Virus record (IMG/VR): IMGVR_UViG_3300009183_008543
Location: 32,001 to 96,000 of that record
Origin: a virus
Reading direction: 5' to 3' (one strand)
DNA: 64,000 bases
Shown here: positions 1 to 9,427 of the stretch, piece after piece
How positions within the stretch are numbered: position 1 is the first letter of the stretch
Layout: the number at the start of each line of letters is the position of its first letter
Made by a program: the position numbers and the translations under genes
Notes under the pieces: generated by a model
Database searches by the model: none
Told to the model about the DNA's origin: nothing
Seen by the model: the letters and a program-made list of their open reading frames with translations, nothing else

Positions 1-285
1 TACAGCCCTATATCTTCTTTCGCCACCAACGAGTTGGATCTTGCCTTCTTCTTGCATCCACCTGCAAATTATAGGAACCATCAACCCTTTATCTTTAATA
101 TCTTCACGAAGAACTTCTGATAGTTCACTATCAATCAAATCGTTTTGACCCTGCTCGGTATATCTTCGAGGATTCTCGAATCCATATTTACCAGAGTTAC
201 TATCATTCTCGGCAATTTCAATCAGATCAAAAGGAACAAGATACAGAGTTCCATGAAGATGCTTAATGCTGTCTGGAAGATTCAT
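1..285 (-). CDS. ParB/Srx N-terminal domain protein (runs off the window edge)
   Basis: Absent from the ORF track. Manual translation from ATG 285 (AAGGAG upstream): MNLPDSIKHLHGTLYLVPFDLIEIAE...NPRRY...LREDIKDKGLMVPIICRW...IQLVGGERRYRAV. It has the ParB NPR, GL-x-x-PI and GERR motifs. Confidence 0.85.
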   Translation of the reverse strand, partial: MNLPDSIKHLHGTLYLVPFDLIEIAENDSNSGKYGFENPRRYTEQGQNDLIDSELSEVLREDIKDKGLMVPIICRWMQEEGKIQLVGGERRYRAV

Positions 286-368
286 ACTGACACTCCTTCG
301 CATAATGGGATTGACATCCGTTTCAAAAAACCACTCAAATTACCTACAACGGCAAATTGATCTGAGCT

Positions 369-397
369 AGAATATTCTCATTTGCCAAAGTTGTCAA
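369..397 (-). promoter_or_regulatory. Sigma70-type promoter upstream of the ParB-domain gene
   Basis: Minus strand TTGACA (392-397), 17-nt spacer, TATTCT (369-374). Confidence 0.65.
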
Positions 398-474
398 TAC
401 CAACAATCTTTTTATTTTAAAATTTAAATTTTTGACAATTAATGAATTTTATGTGAGTCGTATAGATCTAACAA

Positions 475-1419
475 TCACTTTTTTTTGTGAGAAGAAATCT
501 CAGAAACCCAAAATGAAAGATCTAGCTTTTCCCATTTGAAATTTGACCATGCATCTACATATGACCGCAATTTTATTGATAAATCGTGACTATTAAGCTT
601 AGAAAACGCATTCCAATCATCAACTTCCCAAACAGGAAGACCATCATAAATTCCATTTATTGGGAGCTTCTGTATCACAGGTATTCTACCAAGTGACAAA
701 ACCTCCCAAACTCTGTGGGTATCGTATCCTTCCCCGGCAGGGCAAATTACGAAAGCGGAAGATTTCATCGATAGCCAAAAATTACATCTACTGGAAAGTG
801 ACAACCATTTTATCCATTTTACCTCACGCAAAGATTCGTATATTGGAATACGAATACTCGCTCGCCTCTTTGGTGTGTTCATAGCCAAATGAAAATTAGC
901 TAAAACAGGAATAGCATCACAATTTGATATTGGTAAAATATTATTACGCAGTTCGATCAGTTCTCTCTCCTGATCCTCCGCAGTCATGCCTTTGTTGCCC
1001 CAAGGATGATCAGAAACAGATCTAAATAAAGTGTGGTAGTCAATTCCTATTGGTATAGAACCAAACTTAAATCCAAGGCAATTATTCTGTGTATAGACTG
1101 CCAGAACCTTGTCACTATCCAGCAGTCTCTGAATTGTCTCATCTGAATAGTCATATGGCATAATCTTATCATCACCATTAACTACTATCACCATAGGATT
1201 GGAAAATCTATCAAGTAGTTTTGAAAATCTGGCTACCTCATTGCCATGTACAAATACAGTATTTCCATAGAGATTATCGGCTTTCCAACCGTGTGTGACA
1301 TCATTATTTTTATATTTTGGAGGTTGATCACAGGAAAGTGCTATGCCAATGGAACTGACGATGGAGCATAGATGTTCTGTATGTTTTAAACCCACCGCCT
1401 CTTGATTATTCCGTAGCAT
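475..1419 (-). CDS. Exostosin/GT47-like glycosyltransferase
   Basis: C-terminal motif SAFVICPAGEGYDTHRVWEVLSLGRIPV, typical of exostosin-family proteins. Confidence 0.75.
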   Translation of the reverse strand: MLRNNQEAVGLKHTEHLCSIVSSIGIALSCDQPPKYKNNDVTHGWKADNLYGNTVFVHGNEVARFSKLLDRFSNPMVIVVNGDDKIMPYDYSDETIQRLLDSDKVLAVYTQNNCLGFKFGSIPIGIDYHTLFRSVSDHPWGNKGMTAEDQERELIELRNNILPISNCDAIPVLANFHLAMNTPKRRASIRIPIYESLREVKWIKWLSLSSRCNFWLSMKSSAFVICPAGEGYDTHRVWEVLSLGRIPVIQKLPINGIYDGLPVWEVDDWNAFSKLNSHDLSIKLRSYVDAWSNFKWEKLDLSFWVSEISSHKKK

Positions 1420-1432
1420 TATGTGTCCATAA

Positions 1433-1630
1433 TCACATTTTATTTGATTTATATAAATTATTTATAGCTTTTGTAATTGCATTTTCCTTTGTAGAAAAAA
1501 CAATTGCTCCACAAAAACCACAAATTAAATTCAAATCATCATCAAAAGAAAAGCTTTTGTCTCTAAGATGCTTACAGCAACTAGGACAACTTTTTTCTTT
1601 TGGTATGTGATTTTCCAGAAATGATGTCAT
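1433..1630 (-). CDS. Small zinc-ribbon protein
   Basis: CPSC...CGFC pairs. Probable start MTSFLE at 1630, overlapping the end of csrA. Confidence 0.5.
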   Translation of the reverse strand: MTSFLENHIPKEKSCPSCCKHLRDKSFSFDDDLNLICGFCGAIVFSTKENAITKAINNLYKSNKM

Positions 1631-1775
1631 CTTGTATTTCTTTCCTAAATACAGGTATATCAGTAGGAGCATCAATGCCAAGTCTAACCTTTCCATTGGC
1701 TGCTTCAACTAAAGTTACGATGATATTATTATTGATTACTATACTTTGATTTACTTTTCTAGATAAAATAAGCAT
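1581..1775 (-). CDS. csrA: Carbon storage regulator CsrA (RNA-binding translational regulator)
   Basis: MLILSRKVNQSIVINNNIIVTLVE...KVRLGIDAPTDIPVFRKEI matches the CsrA consensus (MLILTR...VRLGI-x-AP-x-x-V-x-I-x-R-x-EI). Confidence 0.95.
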   Translation of the reverse strand: MLILSRKVNQSIVINNNIIVTLVEAANGKVRLGIDAPTDIPVFRKEIQDDIISGKSHTKRKKLS

Positions 1776-1834
1776 GGTTTGTCCGTCCTTGAAAACCTTT
1801 TTTATAACTCATTACAATCATAACCATACAAACG

Positions 1835-1868
1835 AAAAAAGGCAACAGCATAATGCTGTTGCCTTTTT
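1835..1868. terminator. Bidirectional intrinsic terminator
   Basis: AAAAAAGGCAACAGCA-TAA-TGCTGTTGCCTTTTT perfect inverted repeat with A/T tails. Confidence 0.8.
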
Positions 1869-1884
1869 ATTTATGTTAATTAAA

Positions 1885-2043
1885 TTAGAAGAGTCTTTGA
1901 TTACATACAGTAACAGCAGCAACATAAGCTCCCCTCATGGCGCTACAAAGAACATTCAATTTAGGGCAACTTGGGTAAAAGTATCTCCAAGTAGCTACAG
2001 TATAAGTCGCTTGACCTTGATATTCGCCTGTTTTACAACGCAT
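1885..2043 (-). CDS. Small hypothetical protein (52 aa)
   Basis: Absent from the ORF track. GGAGG RBS, then MRCKTGEYQGQATYTVATWRYFYPSCPKLNVLCSAMRGAYVAAVTVCNQRLF, followed directly by the terminator. Confidence 0.6.
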   Translation of the reverse strand: MRCKTGEYQGQATYTVATWRYFYPSCPKLNVLCSAMRGAYVAAVTVCNQRLF

Positions 2044-2067
2044 AGTTCCTCCAGTATTGTAGAAAAG

Positions 2068-2901
2068 TTAATCTATACTATTTATCTCTGAGGATTTTAT
2101 ATTTATTGATTCATAATATTCATTGCGTGTCTTTCGCAAAATTTCTTTCAATTTTGGCGATAAGTTGTTTGTTGTGCCATTTCCTTCATGGTTTATCCAT
2201 GAAGATCCAGCAATAGCTTGTTTATAACCTTTATCTCTCATGCGAGATGCAAATTCATGAGATTCACAACCAGCCAATGAAATATTGTTGAACAATCCAA
2301 CATGCTTGAAAATATCTCTATGTGCCAAAGAACAAAACATAGGAAGATATTCACTTTCATTTAAAATATAATCATCCGACTTTTGTGATCGTTCGGTCAC
2401 TAAATGACTCATATTTTCATCAAAATAATTGCTTCTAGCAGAAACCATTTTTATTCCATTGTCTTTCATTCTTTTTAATGTTCCTCCCAAGTTAGACAAC
2501 CAAGCTGGTCCCACTGGAATGGCATCGGAATGCATTATGCAAACATAAGGAATCCAATCATTTTTTCTATTTTGAAGAGCGAAATTTACTGCGGCACCAA
2601 AACCTTCATGCTCATTTTTTCTATAACAAACTAATCCATCTATTTTTTTTGAAGCTAATTCTTTGATAAATCCATGATTGGGAGAACCATCATCAATCAA
2701 AGTTATTTGATATCTATTGCTAGTCACAGTGGCAAAAATCGCCTCAATTAGATTGACAACCTTATGATACAATGTATGAAAAGGAATAATAATTTCTACT
2801 GAAGACATTAGGCGTGGATCAGGACTACTAAAATTATTAGAAGTCATTCTACCTTCCATAAACCCATCTGAGCCAACTTCTTGTTTTTCATCCATGTCCA
2901 A
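2068..2901 (-). CDS. Glycosyltransferase family 2 protein
   Basis: IIIPF, LIDDGS, N-x-x-x-GFGAAVN, MHSD and WINHEG motifs of the GT-A fold. Confidence 0.8.
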   Translation of the reverse strand: MDMDEKQEVGSDGFMEGRMTSNNFSSPDPRLMSSVEIIIPFHTLYHKVVNLIEAIFATVTSNRYQITLIDDGSPNHGFIKELASKKIDGLVCYRKNEHEGFGAAVNFALQNRKNDWIPYVCIMHSDAIPVGPAWLSNLGGTLKRMKDNGIKMVSARSNYFDENMSHLVTERSQKSDDYILNESEYLPMFCSLAHRDIFKHVGLFNNISLAGCESHEFASRMRDKGYKQAIAGSSWINHEGNGTTNNLSPKLKEILRKTRNEYYESINIKSSEINSID

Positions 2902-3421
2902 TCTCCATTAAAATTTCATCTAAGGTTCTTTTGAATAAAATAAGGTCATTTAAGAAAAAATATTTTTGCTGATTTTCCTCTATCAAATTCAATAATTTTT
3001 CATTTTGCCTTCTAACTTCAAAAACATTTATAAGACAATTATATTCTTTTCTTTCATTAAGCATGAAACATTTTTTGTAATAAAAAATATCTTTATCTGA
3101 AAATTTATTGGTCAAAATTAAAATCAATTTATTGCAATCTTCTTGATTTCCAATTCCATTGATACAATCTATAATTTTTTTTGAAAAAAGATTGTTGTCT
3201 TTGCTCATAGAATAATTATCAATTTGAGCCATACTTTCACCATAACTTTTTGGTAAATTTTCATTGCCAGCAACGAAAATTTTTGCGTTCATACCAATTT
3301 TTGTTGCGAACAACATCAACATTTCTTTGATCTGTTTCAGAGCAGATTTACCATTAAGTATAAAATCATCCATGTCAAAGATAACACCGACATAAGTTGA
3401 TTTTTCAAATCCAGATAACAT
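2888..3421 (-). CDS. Hypothetical protein (possible degenerate vWA-like alpha/beta fold)
   Basis: Long ORF coupled to the GT2 gene, with VGVIFDM and KLILILT beta strands. Probable start MLSGF. Confidence 0.5.
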   Translation of the reverse strand: MLSGFEKSTYVGVIFDMDDFILNGKSALKQIKEMLMLFATKIGMNAKIFVAGNENLPKSYGESMAQIDNYSMSKDNNLFSKKIIDCINGIGNQEDCNKLILILTNKFSDKDIFYYKKCFMLNERKEYNCLINVFEVRRQNEKLLNLIEENQQKYFFLNDLILFKRTLDEILMEIGHG

Positions 3422-3489
3422 TTTTAATCTCCAGAACTCTATTAGATAAGCCGCTTTAGCCAAGATAAAAGAGAGTGAGGAACTGGAAA

Positions 3490-4353
3490 ATGATAGATAA
3501 TAAACAAATTAAAGAATATATTCGTGCATGTGAACATATGATTCGTTTTTTCAACAATATTTTAAATAAAAAAATAAAAGATAATGATAATAGTCACGGG
3601 AATCTGGCGGAACTTACAGACTTAAGAATCATGGCTAAATCAAAAGAATGGGCAGAGGCTTATGATGAGAAAATATGCTCAATTGATAATCTTAGAAAAT
3701 TTATTGAGACTATAAGCACACCTATAAGCAATAAAAGTATATTAGAGTTTGGATGCAACGACAACGAATTAGCTTCATTATTCAAAAATGAATGCGGAGC
3801 AAAAAAAGTTGTATCTTACGATCTTGAACTTTGCAAATTTAAACAAGAAAATATAAATGATCAAAAAATTATTTACACAGAAAATTTTCGAATTGTTCAA
3901 CAAAATGCTCCATATGACATCATTGTTGCAAATGATGTTTTAGATCATGTTGAAAATCCAGTTCATTGGCTAAAACAAATATCATTATTGATGGAAGAAA
4001 ATTCAAGATTATTCGTTCGATTTCATCCCTATACATCTCGCAATGGAACTCATCTTGGAAATCAAATAAACAAAGCATATATTCATTTGATTTTTTCTGA
4101 TGATGAATTGGCAACCTTTGGAGTTTCAAATAAATTTACTAAAGAAATTGTTGATCTTCAAGTTTCTTACAAAAAATTCATAGAAGCATCTGGTCTTAAG
4201 ATAATCAAACATAGTGTCAAAAAGAATCCTGTAGATATTATCTTTTCAACAGATAATAGAATTGTAAATAGACTTAGAAAGTATCTGCCGGTAGAAACAA
4301 ATATCAACGATGTTCTTGAAGTTGAATATATTGATTATGAATTGATGAAATAA
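3490..4353 (+). CDS. Class I SAM-dependent methyltransferase
   Basis: ILEFGC, VVSYD, YDIIVANDVLDHV and HPYTSRNGTHL motifs. The motif I glycine loop is diverged (GCNDN). Confidence 0.75.
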   Translation: MIDNKQIKEYIRACEHMIRFFNNILNKKIKDNDNSHGNLAELTDLRIMAKSKEWAEAYDEKICSIDNLRKFIETISTPISNKSILEFGCNDNELASLFKNECGAKKVVSYDLELCKFKQENINDQKIIYTENFRIVQQNAPYDIIVANDVLDHVENPVHWLKQISLLMEENSRLFVRFHPYTSRNGTHLGNQINKAYIHLIFSDDELATFGVSNKFTKEIVDLQVSYKKFIEASGLKIIKHSVKKNPVDIIFSTDNRIVNRLRKYLPVETNINDVLEVEYIDYELMK

Positions 4354-4965
4354 TCAAGCCTCGTCATTTTCTAATTCTATTAACCAATATGCCGCACCTA
4401 AAAAAGACTGCCAATCTTTGACAATATAATCACATTTTAAAGCATTGAATTTTGGTTTTTTTGGAATTCTCAACAAAGTCATATTTGCTTGAACTGGTGT
4501 TCTATTTGCTTTTTTAGTATTGCATTTTATACAAGCCAAAGCACAATTCTCCCAAGTTGTAAGACCGCCACGACTCCTTGGAATTATATGATCAATAGAA
4601 AGCTCTTCAGTTCCGGGTCTTTTCCCACAATACTGACACTGATACTGGTCTCTTTTGTATAGTGTTTTTCTGCAATAATAAGCCTTGCGATTTGGAATTT
4701 TATCATATCTCGTAAGCTGTATTACAGAAGGAATACGAAATGTCGCACTTACAGAACGAATAATTTCTTCGCCCTCTTTAGGCTTTGTTTTTGACCAATC
4801 ATTCCAGTTTAAAGTTTGAAAATCATTGGAACAATCAACTATTATGGCTTTTGGTTCACCATCTTTATATTCGCTGAATAATTTTATAAGAGCTTTCTCT
4901 AGCGTCAAAACCGCTACAGGTTTCCAAGAACGATTTAGAACTAAAACCTTTTTGTGAGCTATCAT
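4354..4965 (-). CDS. HNH endonuclease
   Basis: VLVLN-x-x-W-x-P, RDQYQCQYCG, SIDHIIPRSRGG-x-TTWENCALACIKCNTKKANRTP. Confidence 0.92.
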   Translation of the reverse strand: MIAHKKVLVLNRSWKPVAVLTLEKALIKLFSEYKDGEPKAIIVDCSNDFQTLNWNDWSKTKPKEGEEIIRSVSATFRIPSVIQLTRYDKIPNRKAYYCRKTLYKRDQYQCQYCGKRPGTEELSIDHIIPRSRGGLTTWENCALACIKCNTKKANRTPVQANMTLLRIPKKPKFNALKCDYIVKDWQSFLGAAYWLIELENDEA

Positions 4966-4986
4966 GAAATTATTTATGAGTTACGA

Positions 4987-5208
4987 TTACAAATCATCGT
5001 AATTATTTTCTTCTGGTGGTTTTATATCAAAACATTTTTTGAATAGAGTTGTTTGAAATTGTTTGACTAATTGAATTGACTCCTCTCTGTTGAAGCCAGA
5101 TTCGCACAAACTCTTGTGATAACTTCCTAAAAAGTTAGCAAGCTGTCCAATATTTGCAGCAGCTTGTTCAAAATCTGAAATTCTTTTAAAAAAATCTGAA
5201 TTATCCAT
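4987..5208 (-). CDS. Hypothetical protein
   Basis: GAGGAG RBS before MDNSDFF. Contains YHKSLCESGFNREESIQL, a pattern seen in small phage proteins. Confidence 0.6.
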   Translation of the reverse strand: MDNSDFFKRISDFEQAAANIGQLANFLGSYHKSLCESGFNREESIQLVKQFQTTLFKKCFDIKPPEENNYDDL

Positions 5209-6154
5209 TTTTCCACTCCTCGATTCTTGTCTTGGCGATTCGAACAGCATCTTCAAACCACTCTTTTGTTTTTTTAAAGTGATCAGGACTATACATTTTT
5301 CCTGATGTGTAACTTCTAAAATGATCTATATTATCATCATTTGTTCGTTGTTGATTTTCTTCACGACCAATAATGCGACAATTAATTTTGTTCTTTCGAA
5401 GAATATAATTTCCCAAGATTTCAGTATCTGGCCAATTTGGTCGCATAGGATCTGGCTTATATTCAACAATATCATATTCATTGCAAAGTCTACGCAAACT
5501 CCATGCAAAGCCAATTCTGTCCATTATCTTCATATTGTACATGCTGGCTGTGTGTGAAATCATACCTTTCCAATCGGCATGTGATCTTGGACTCAATTCA
5601 TAACCTACAACTGGACAATCTTCATCGCACATGGATAGCATATCTTCTAATAAATCTCTTCTTTTCAAGAATACATCTGCATGTGTTGCAAACATATGTT
5701 TGGTGCGACAAAGTGACATAGCCATATCCATAGCCATGGCAGGATAATCGCTCGGATGAATAACGCCATTTAATGCAATGGTATGAACCTCAACATCTTC
5801 GTCACGAAGTTTAAGAACCTCTTCAATGTGATCGCTTTGACTGCCAGTATCAATAATCATGATAAATGGCTTAACAGTTTGAAGTCTTAGTAGTTCAATA
5901 CAATACTTAAGAGTCTCAGAAGTGTTTAAACAAGGTATAACCGCAGTTACCTTATACTCCCAAGGTTTTTTTTTACAGTTTCCTTCCCATGGAGCAGATA
6001 CAGTCAATTCTCCATATATGGGAGATATTTCGACCCTTGAAAGCTCTACTTCTTTCCAGATCGATTCTGTTTTAACCCAAACAAATTTTTTGTTAGAATC
6101 AATTCTTTTTTGATTTTCACTTAATTCATTCCATCTTGAATAAGAAATTTTCAT
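5201..6154 (-). CDS. Glycosyltransferase family 2 protein
   Basis: VTAVIPCLN, LRLQT, IIDTGS and THADVF motifs. Confidence 0.75.
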   Translation of the reverse strand: MKISYSRWNELSENQKRIDSNKKFVWVKTESIWKEVELSRVEISPIYGELTVSAPWEGNCKKKPWEYKVTAVIPCLNTSETLKYCIELLRLQTVKPFIMIIDTGSQSDHIEEVLKLRDEDVEVHTIALNGVIHPSDYPAMAMDMAMSLCRTKHMFATHADVFLKRRDLLEDMLSMCDEDCPVVGYELSPRSHADWKGMISHTASMYNMKIMDRIGFAWSLRRLCNEYDIVEYKPDPMRPNWPDTEILGNYILRKNKINCRIIGREENQQRTNDDNIDHFRSYTSGKMYSPDHFKKTKEWFEDAVRIAKTRIEEWKNG

Positions 6155-6247
6155 GCAATTCTCTCTGGTAATATAATAAATAAGTATTTAACTTACATTT
6201 TTCAATTGAAAATTGTAAATATAAAAGTAAAAGAAAGGAAAAATAAT

Positions 6248-6535
6248 ATGAAAAAATTTAATGAATGGATGAGTTTTAGGCAAGAAGTCGAACCAAATGG
6301 TGGCGATTATAATTTCATTGGAACATATAACACAGAAAATCTACAAGGGCTAAAAGAAAAGAGCAACTTAGTAGAAATTGATAAGGCACTTGAATTTATT
6401 CCTAATTCTTATCGAAATCAATTTTCTGATGCTATTAGTTTATCTGCCGGAATTACACAAACCGAACAAAACAAAGAAATTGTTTGGATAACAAACAATG
6501 ACCAAGAAATTACATACTTGTTTGAAAAAAATTAA
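6248..6535 (+). CDS. Hypothetical phage protein with MKKFNEW N-terminus
   Basis: AAGGA RBS, upstream TAAATA, N-terminus MKKFNEWMSFRQE. Confidence 0.6.
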   Translation: MKKFNEWMSFRQEVEPNGGDYNFIGTYNTENLQGLKEKSNLVEIDKALEFIPNSYRNQFSDAISLSAGITQTEQNKEIVWITNNDQEITYLFEKN

Positions 6536-6538
6536 AAA

Positions 6539-6895
6539 TTATTTTTTAATATGAACAATACTGAATGGACTTTTTTCTTTTGATTTATTGTGTTTTTCAG
6601 TCTGAGGCTCTGGACCTTCTATGTGCCTTATATTAAATGGCTCTTTAGTGCCACTGTTTGGATTTTTATACTGTTTGTGTCCGGGAATATGGCGAATATC
6701 AAATGGTGGACCATCGCCATTATCGTACAGCCTATCATCTAAAGATATGTACAAAAAAGCATCTGCTGATCTAGGAATATAAGTTTGAAGTGGGTATAAC
6801 CCAATGCCACCATATCCCAAAGGGTATAAGCCAGTTTTTCCAGAAGTTTGACCTTCTTGTATTATCATCCAATTTTTAAATGACATTTTTTCCAT
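6539..6895 (-). CDS. Hypothetical phage protein with internal PF-x-I-x-HI repeats
   Basis: N-terminus MEKMSFKNWMIIQE. Repeats PFDIRHI, PFNIRHI, PFSIVHI and GLYPL twice. Confidence 0.65.
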   Translation of the reverse strand: MEKMSFKNWMIIQEGQTSGKTGLYPLGYGGIGLYPLQTYIPRSADAFLYISLDDRLYDNGDGPPFDIRHIPGHKQYKNPNSGTKEPFNIRHIEGPEPQTEKHNKSKEKSPFSIVHIKK

Positions 6896-6918
6896 ATGTT
6901 ATTTATGTTTCATTTTTC

Positions 6919-6951
6919 AAAAAAAAAGGAGATGTCCAAAAAGACATCTCC
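6919..6951 (-). terminator. Intrinsic terminator
   Basis: Minus strand GGAGATGTC-TTTTG-GACATCTCC followed by a T run. Confidence 0.8.
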
Positions 6952-6984
6952 AATGAGTAACAAGTTTTATAACCAAATAATTTT

Positions 6985-7257
6985 TTACTTGGTGCTAGGA
7001 GCAATAGCCTTTGGTTTTTCTGCACCTTTAGCTTCTTCTTTTTTCACATTATTTGCAGAAGTGCAACTAGAAGCACAGCGTCCAGACGAACAAGAACTCT
7101 TGCTTTGAAGAATTCGTCCACCAGATGTGCCACCAGATGTGCCACAAGATGAATTGCCACCACGAAGTTTTCCGCCCAAAAGTCCGCCACGACATCCTGC
7201 TTCAGCGGTATTTGCTACAAACGCAGTAGCCAAAGCCAAAACTACAAAAATCTTCAT
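6985..7257 (-). CDS. Secreted Gly/Ser/Cys-rich small protein
   Basis: AAGGAG RBS, signal peptide MKIFVVLALATAFVANTAEA, mature part GCRGGLLGG...SSCSSGRCASSC. Confidence 0.7.
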   Translation of the reverse strand: MKIFVVLALATAFVANTAEAGCRGGLLGGKLRGGNSSCGTSGGTSGGRILQSKSSCSSGRCASSCTSANNVKKEEAKGAEKPKAIAPSTK

Positions 7258-7347
7258 ATCAAACTCCTTTAAGAAAAATATGGCTAACATTAGCCACGCA
7301 CATAAGCATACCAACTATTATTGAATTATCAAATAAAATATTATGAT

Positions 7348-7572
7348 TTATTTATTTTGATGTGGAATCCATATACGGAACAGTATCCCAAACAATAGAT
7401 TTAATTCTAAAGCTTGTAAAAAACTAATTTCTTTAAGCCTATCTCCAGTAATATCTGGAATTATTGCATTCCATAGCCAGTAAACTGGCAGGGTTAGTAA
7501 AAATGCGTAAATTATGATTATACATATGACGGCAACAACAATAGCGATTGTTTGTTTTATATTCATTTTCAT
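7348..7572 (-). CDS. Small membrane protein
   Basis: Hydrophobic segments plus WLWNAIIP...EISFLQAL...LLFGILF, a pattern seen in small phage membrane proteins. Confidence 0.65.
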   Translation of the reverse strand: MKMNIKQTIAIVVAVICIIIIYAFLLTLPVYWLWNAIIPDITGDRLKEISFLQALELNLLFGILFRIWIPHQNK

Positions 7573-7590
7573 TTCTCTCTGTTTTGATGA

Positions 7591-7627
7591 AAAAAGCCTA
7601 CTACAAATTTATTGTAGTAGGCTTTTC
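7591..7627. terminator. Intrinsic terminator
   Basis: AAAAGCCTACTACAA-ATTTA-TTGTAGTAGGCTTTT inverted repeat. Confidence 0.8.
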
Positions 7628-7685
7628 ATTTTATGAAACAAATTATTTTAGCAAATATATAAATAATTGTAACCAAACAGTAAAG

Positions 7686-7910
7686 TTAAGATTCAATTAT
7701 AAAATCAAGATTGCCATTGTCTTCGATGGTATCGGTAAAGTTACCACCATCTAAAACACGACCAGCGATTTTTCTATTGGTTCCATTAACAATGGTCATG
7801 GCATGAACAGATCGTTGGATCGAGTTACCATTAGTAACAGATGTATCCAAAGATCCTTCAGTACCCAAATTCACCAAAACTGGTGACAAATTTACAGTAT
7901 AAGTAGCCAT
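7686..7910 (-). CDS. Hypothetical protein, possibly virion-associated
   Basis: Strong AAAGGAG RBS and its own terminator. Rich in T/V/N/G, starts MATYTV. Confidence 0.6.
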   Translation of the reverse strand: MATYTVNLSPVLVNLGTEGSLDTSVTNGNSIQRSVHAMTIVNGTNRKIAGRVLDGGNFTDTIEDNGNLDFIIES

Positions 7911-8009
7911 AATTTTTCTCCTTTTGCAAAAGTAAACTACTAAAATATATAAACTTTTTAAAGCCTATTTTGATTTGCAAAGTGTATATTTAAGTGAATT
8001 CGGTGAGAA

Positions 8010-8882
8010 TTAATTAGGAATCAACAAATTCATCTCTGCAAGCTTAGAGAAATAATATGAATAAGTGTTACTTCCTGTGTGAAATATACTTAAATTTGGA
8101 TTAAACTCTGAGATGGCTATGTCAGTTTCATCAAAAAAATCAGTAGATATATTGTTTTCCAAAGTGAATAGATTAAAAGAAAGTTCTTCTCTCGATCTCC
8201 CATCAGGACGAATTGCAAACATCATATCTGACATTGGATGCTTTTTATACATCAACTCATTGCAATATTTCAAAACACAAGAACCGTATTTTTTTATTAG
8301 TCCTTTGCGAAATAAAACAACTCCAGAGTTCATTGGAGAAATTACTTTTTTATGAAGTTTATTTTCAATAAGATAAGAAAACATTATATCAGTTTTATCT
8401 ATTCTTGAGGTATCTTGTTCTTTCAATAATGCTACCATTCGGCAAGCATAAATATCGGAATCTTTATATTTGGTAAAAACATAATCTATTGGCTTGAAAA
8501 TAAAAGTGTCCACATCAAGAAGAAGAACATTCTCTGTATCTATTCCTTCAAACAAACACCGTTGCATACTAACAAAATTCTGCGATCTATAAGGAAGCTT
8601 TTCAACAACACGCATGTCTATATTGCACAACTTAACAAGACCTTCGATGTTTTCAAAATTCCAAGCCATATATTTTTGAACAAGATTAGAGTCTAATGAT
8701 TTAAAAATTTCATTAGTTTCAGACCAAGAATCAACATTAGAATCCTTAACATAAATAAGTTGAATTGGGATTTGTGGATTTATTGATCTCAACAGACGAA
8801 CCGAAACTGAAAATATTGCGTGATAAAGAGGATTATCATTCAAAATATAAAGACAAGATGTATTATTCATATTTGCTTGCAT
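8010..8882 (-). CDS. GT8-like glycosyltransferase
   Basis: VLLLDVDTFIF (DxD) and MNSGVVLF motifs. Confidence 0.65.
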   Translation of the reverse strand: MQANMNNTSCLYILNDNPLYHAIFSVSVRLLRSINPQIPIQLIYVKDSNVDSWSETNEIFKSLDSNLVQKYMAWNFENIEGLVKLCNIDMRVVEKLPYRSQNFVSMQRCLFEGIDTENVLLLDVDTFIFKPIDYVFTKYKDSDIYACRMVALLKEQDTSRIDKTDIMFSYLIENKLHKKVISPMNSGVVLFRKGLIKKYGSCVLKYCNELMYKKHPMSDMMFAIRPDGRSREELSFNLFTLENNISTDFFDETDIAISEFNPNLSIFHTGSNTYSYYFSKLAEMNLLIPN

Positions 8883-9246
8883 TTCTTAAAAAGACAAATT
8901 TTGTTATTTCCGATTCATTAATCTGCCAGTAGCAGCCATTTTCATTAAATTCGCAATGATGCACTTTCATATTCATTCTTAAAGAGTATTCTGACTCAAT
9001 TTTTCTATTTAAAAAGACTTTTGCAAATATCCAGCCCTTTTCATCTGCGTGACTACACATTCCAGCACCAACAAATTCTTCTCCTAAATAAATAGGAACA
9101 AATCTTTTTGATTTGGACCACTTCTCAAAACACTTTTGATGTATACTAAAATTATGAGAATTCATTGTATCCACTTTAGCAAATGGAACAAAAATTTCAT
9201 CTTTAGTGCCTATAAAATTAAACAAAATTAAAAAAATACTAATCAT
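8863..9246 (-). CDS. Hypothetical protein
   Basis: ORF overlapping both neighbours in an operon-like run. Confidence 0.55.
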   Translation of the reverse strand: MISIFLILFNFIGTKDEIFVPFAKVDTMNSHNFSIHQKCFEKWSKSKRFVPIYLGEEFVGAGMCSHADEKGWIFAKVFLNRKIESEYSLRMNMKVHHCEFNENGCYWQINESEITKFVFLRNASKYE

Positions 9247-9427
9247 TAGGAATATCCAAAGAACATTTTCTAGATGTCATACCATTTTTACTCATTTCGT
9301 TGTCTTTTTTGTCTCTGCACTTAGGGCAGAATCTAATAGTCGCTTTGTCTGAACTATTAAATGTTTTGTTGCACCATCCAAGACAAGAAACAATTCCCTT
9401 GCGAGACACATCATTTTGTTTTTGCAT
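9239..9427 (-). CDS. Small zinc-finger protein
   Basis: CLGWC...FCPKC. GGAGG RBS before MQKQND. Confidence 0.6.
   Translation of the reverse strand: MQKQNDVSRKGIVSCLGWCNKTFNSSDKATIRFCPKCRDKKDNEMSKNGMTSRKCSLDIPND

Noticed and set aside
145-360. Plus-strand 71-aa ORF
   Set aside because: Antisense to the better supported ParB-domain gene.
1774-2091. Plus-strand 105-aa ORF
   Set aside because: It crosses a terminator and is antisense to a 52-aa ORF with a strong RBS.
4354-4965. HNH gene as a mobile intron or homing element
   Set aside because: It is free-standing, does not interrupt a gene, and no flanking intron structure was recognised.
7921-7985. Two TTTGCAAA palindromes upstream of the 7686..7910 gene
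   Set aside because: Short and AT-rich, so likely to occur by chance. No consistent operator pattern was found elsewhere.
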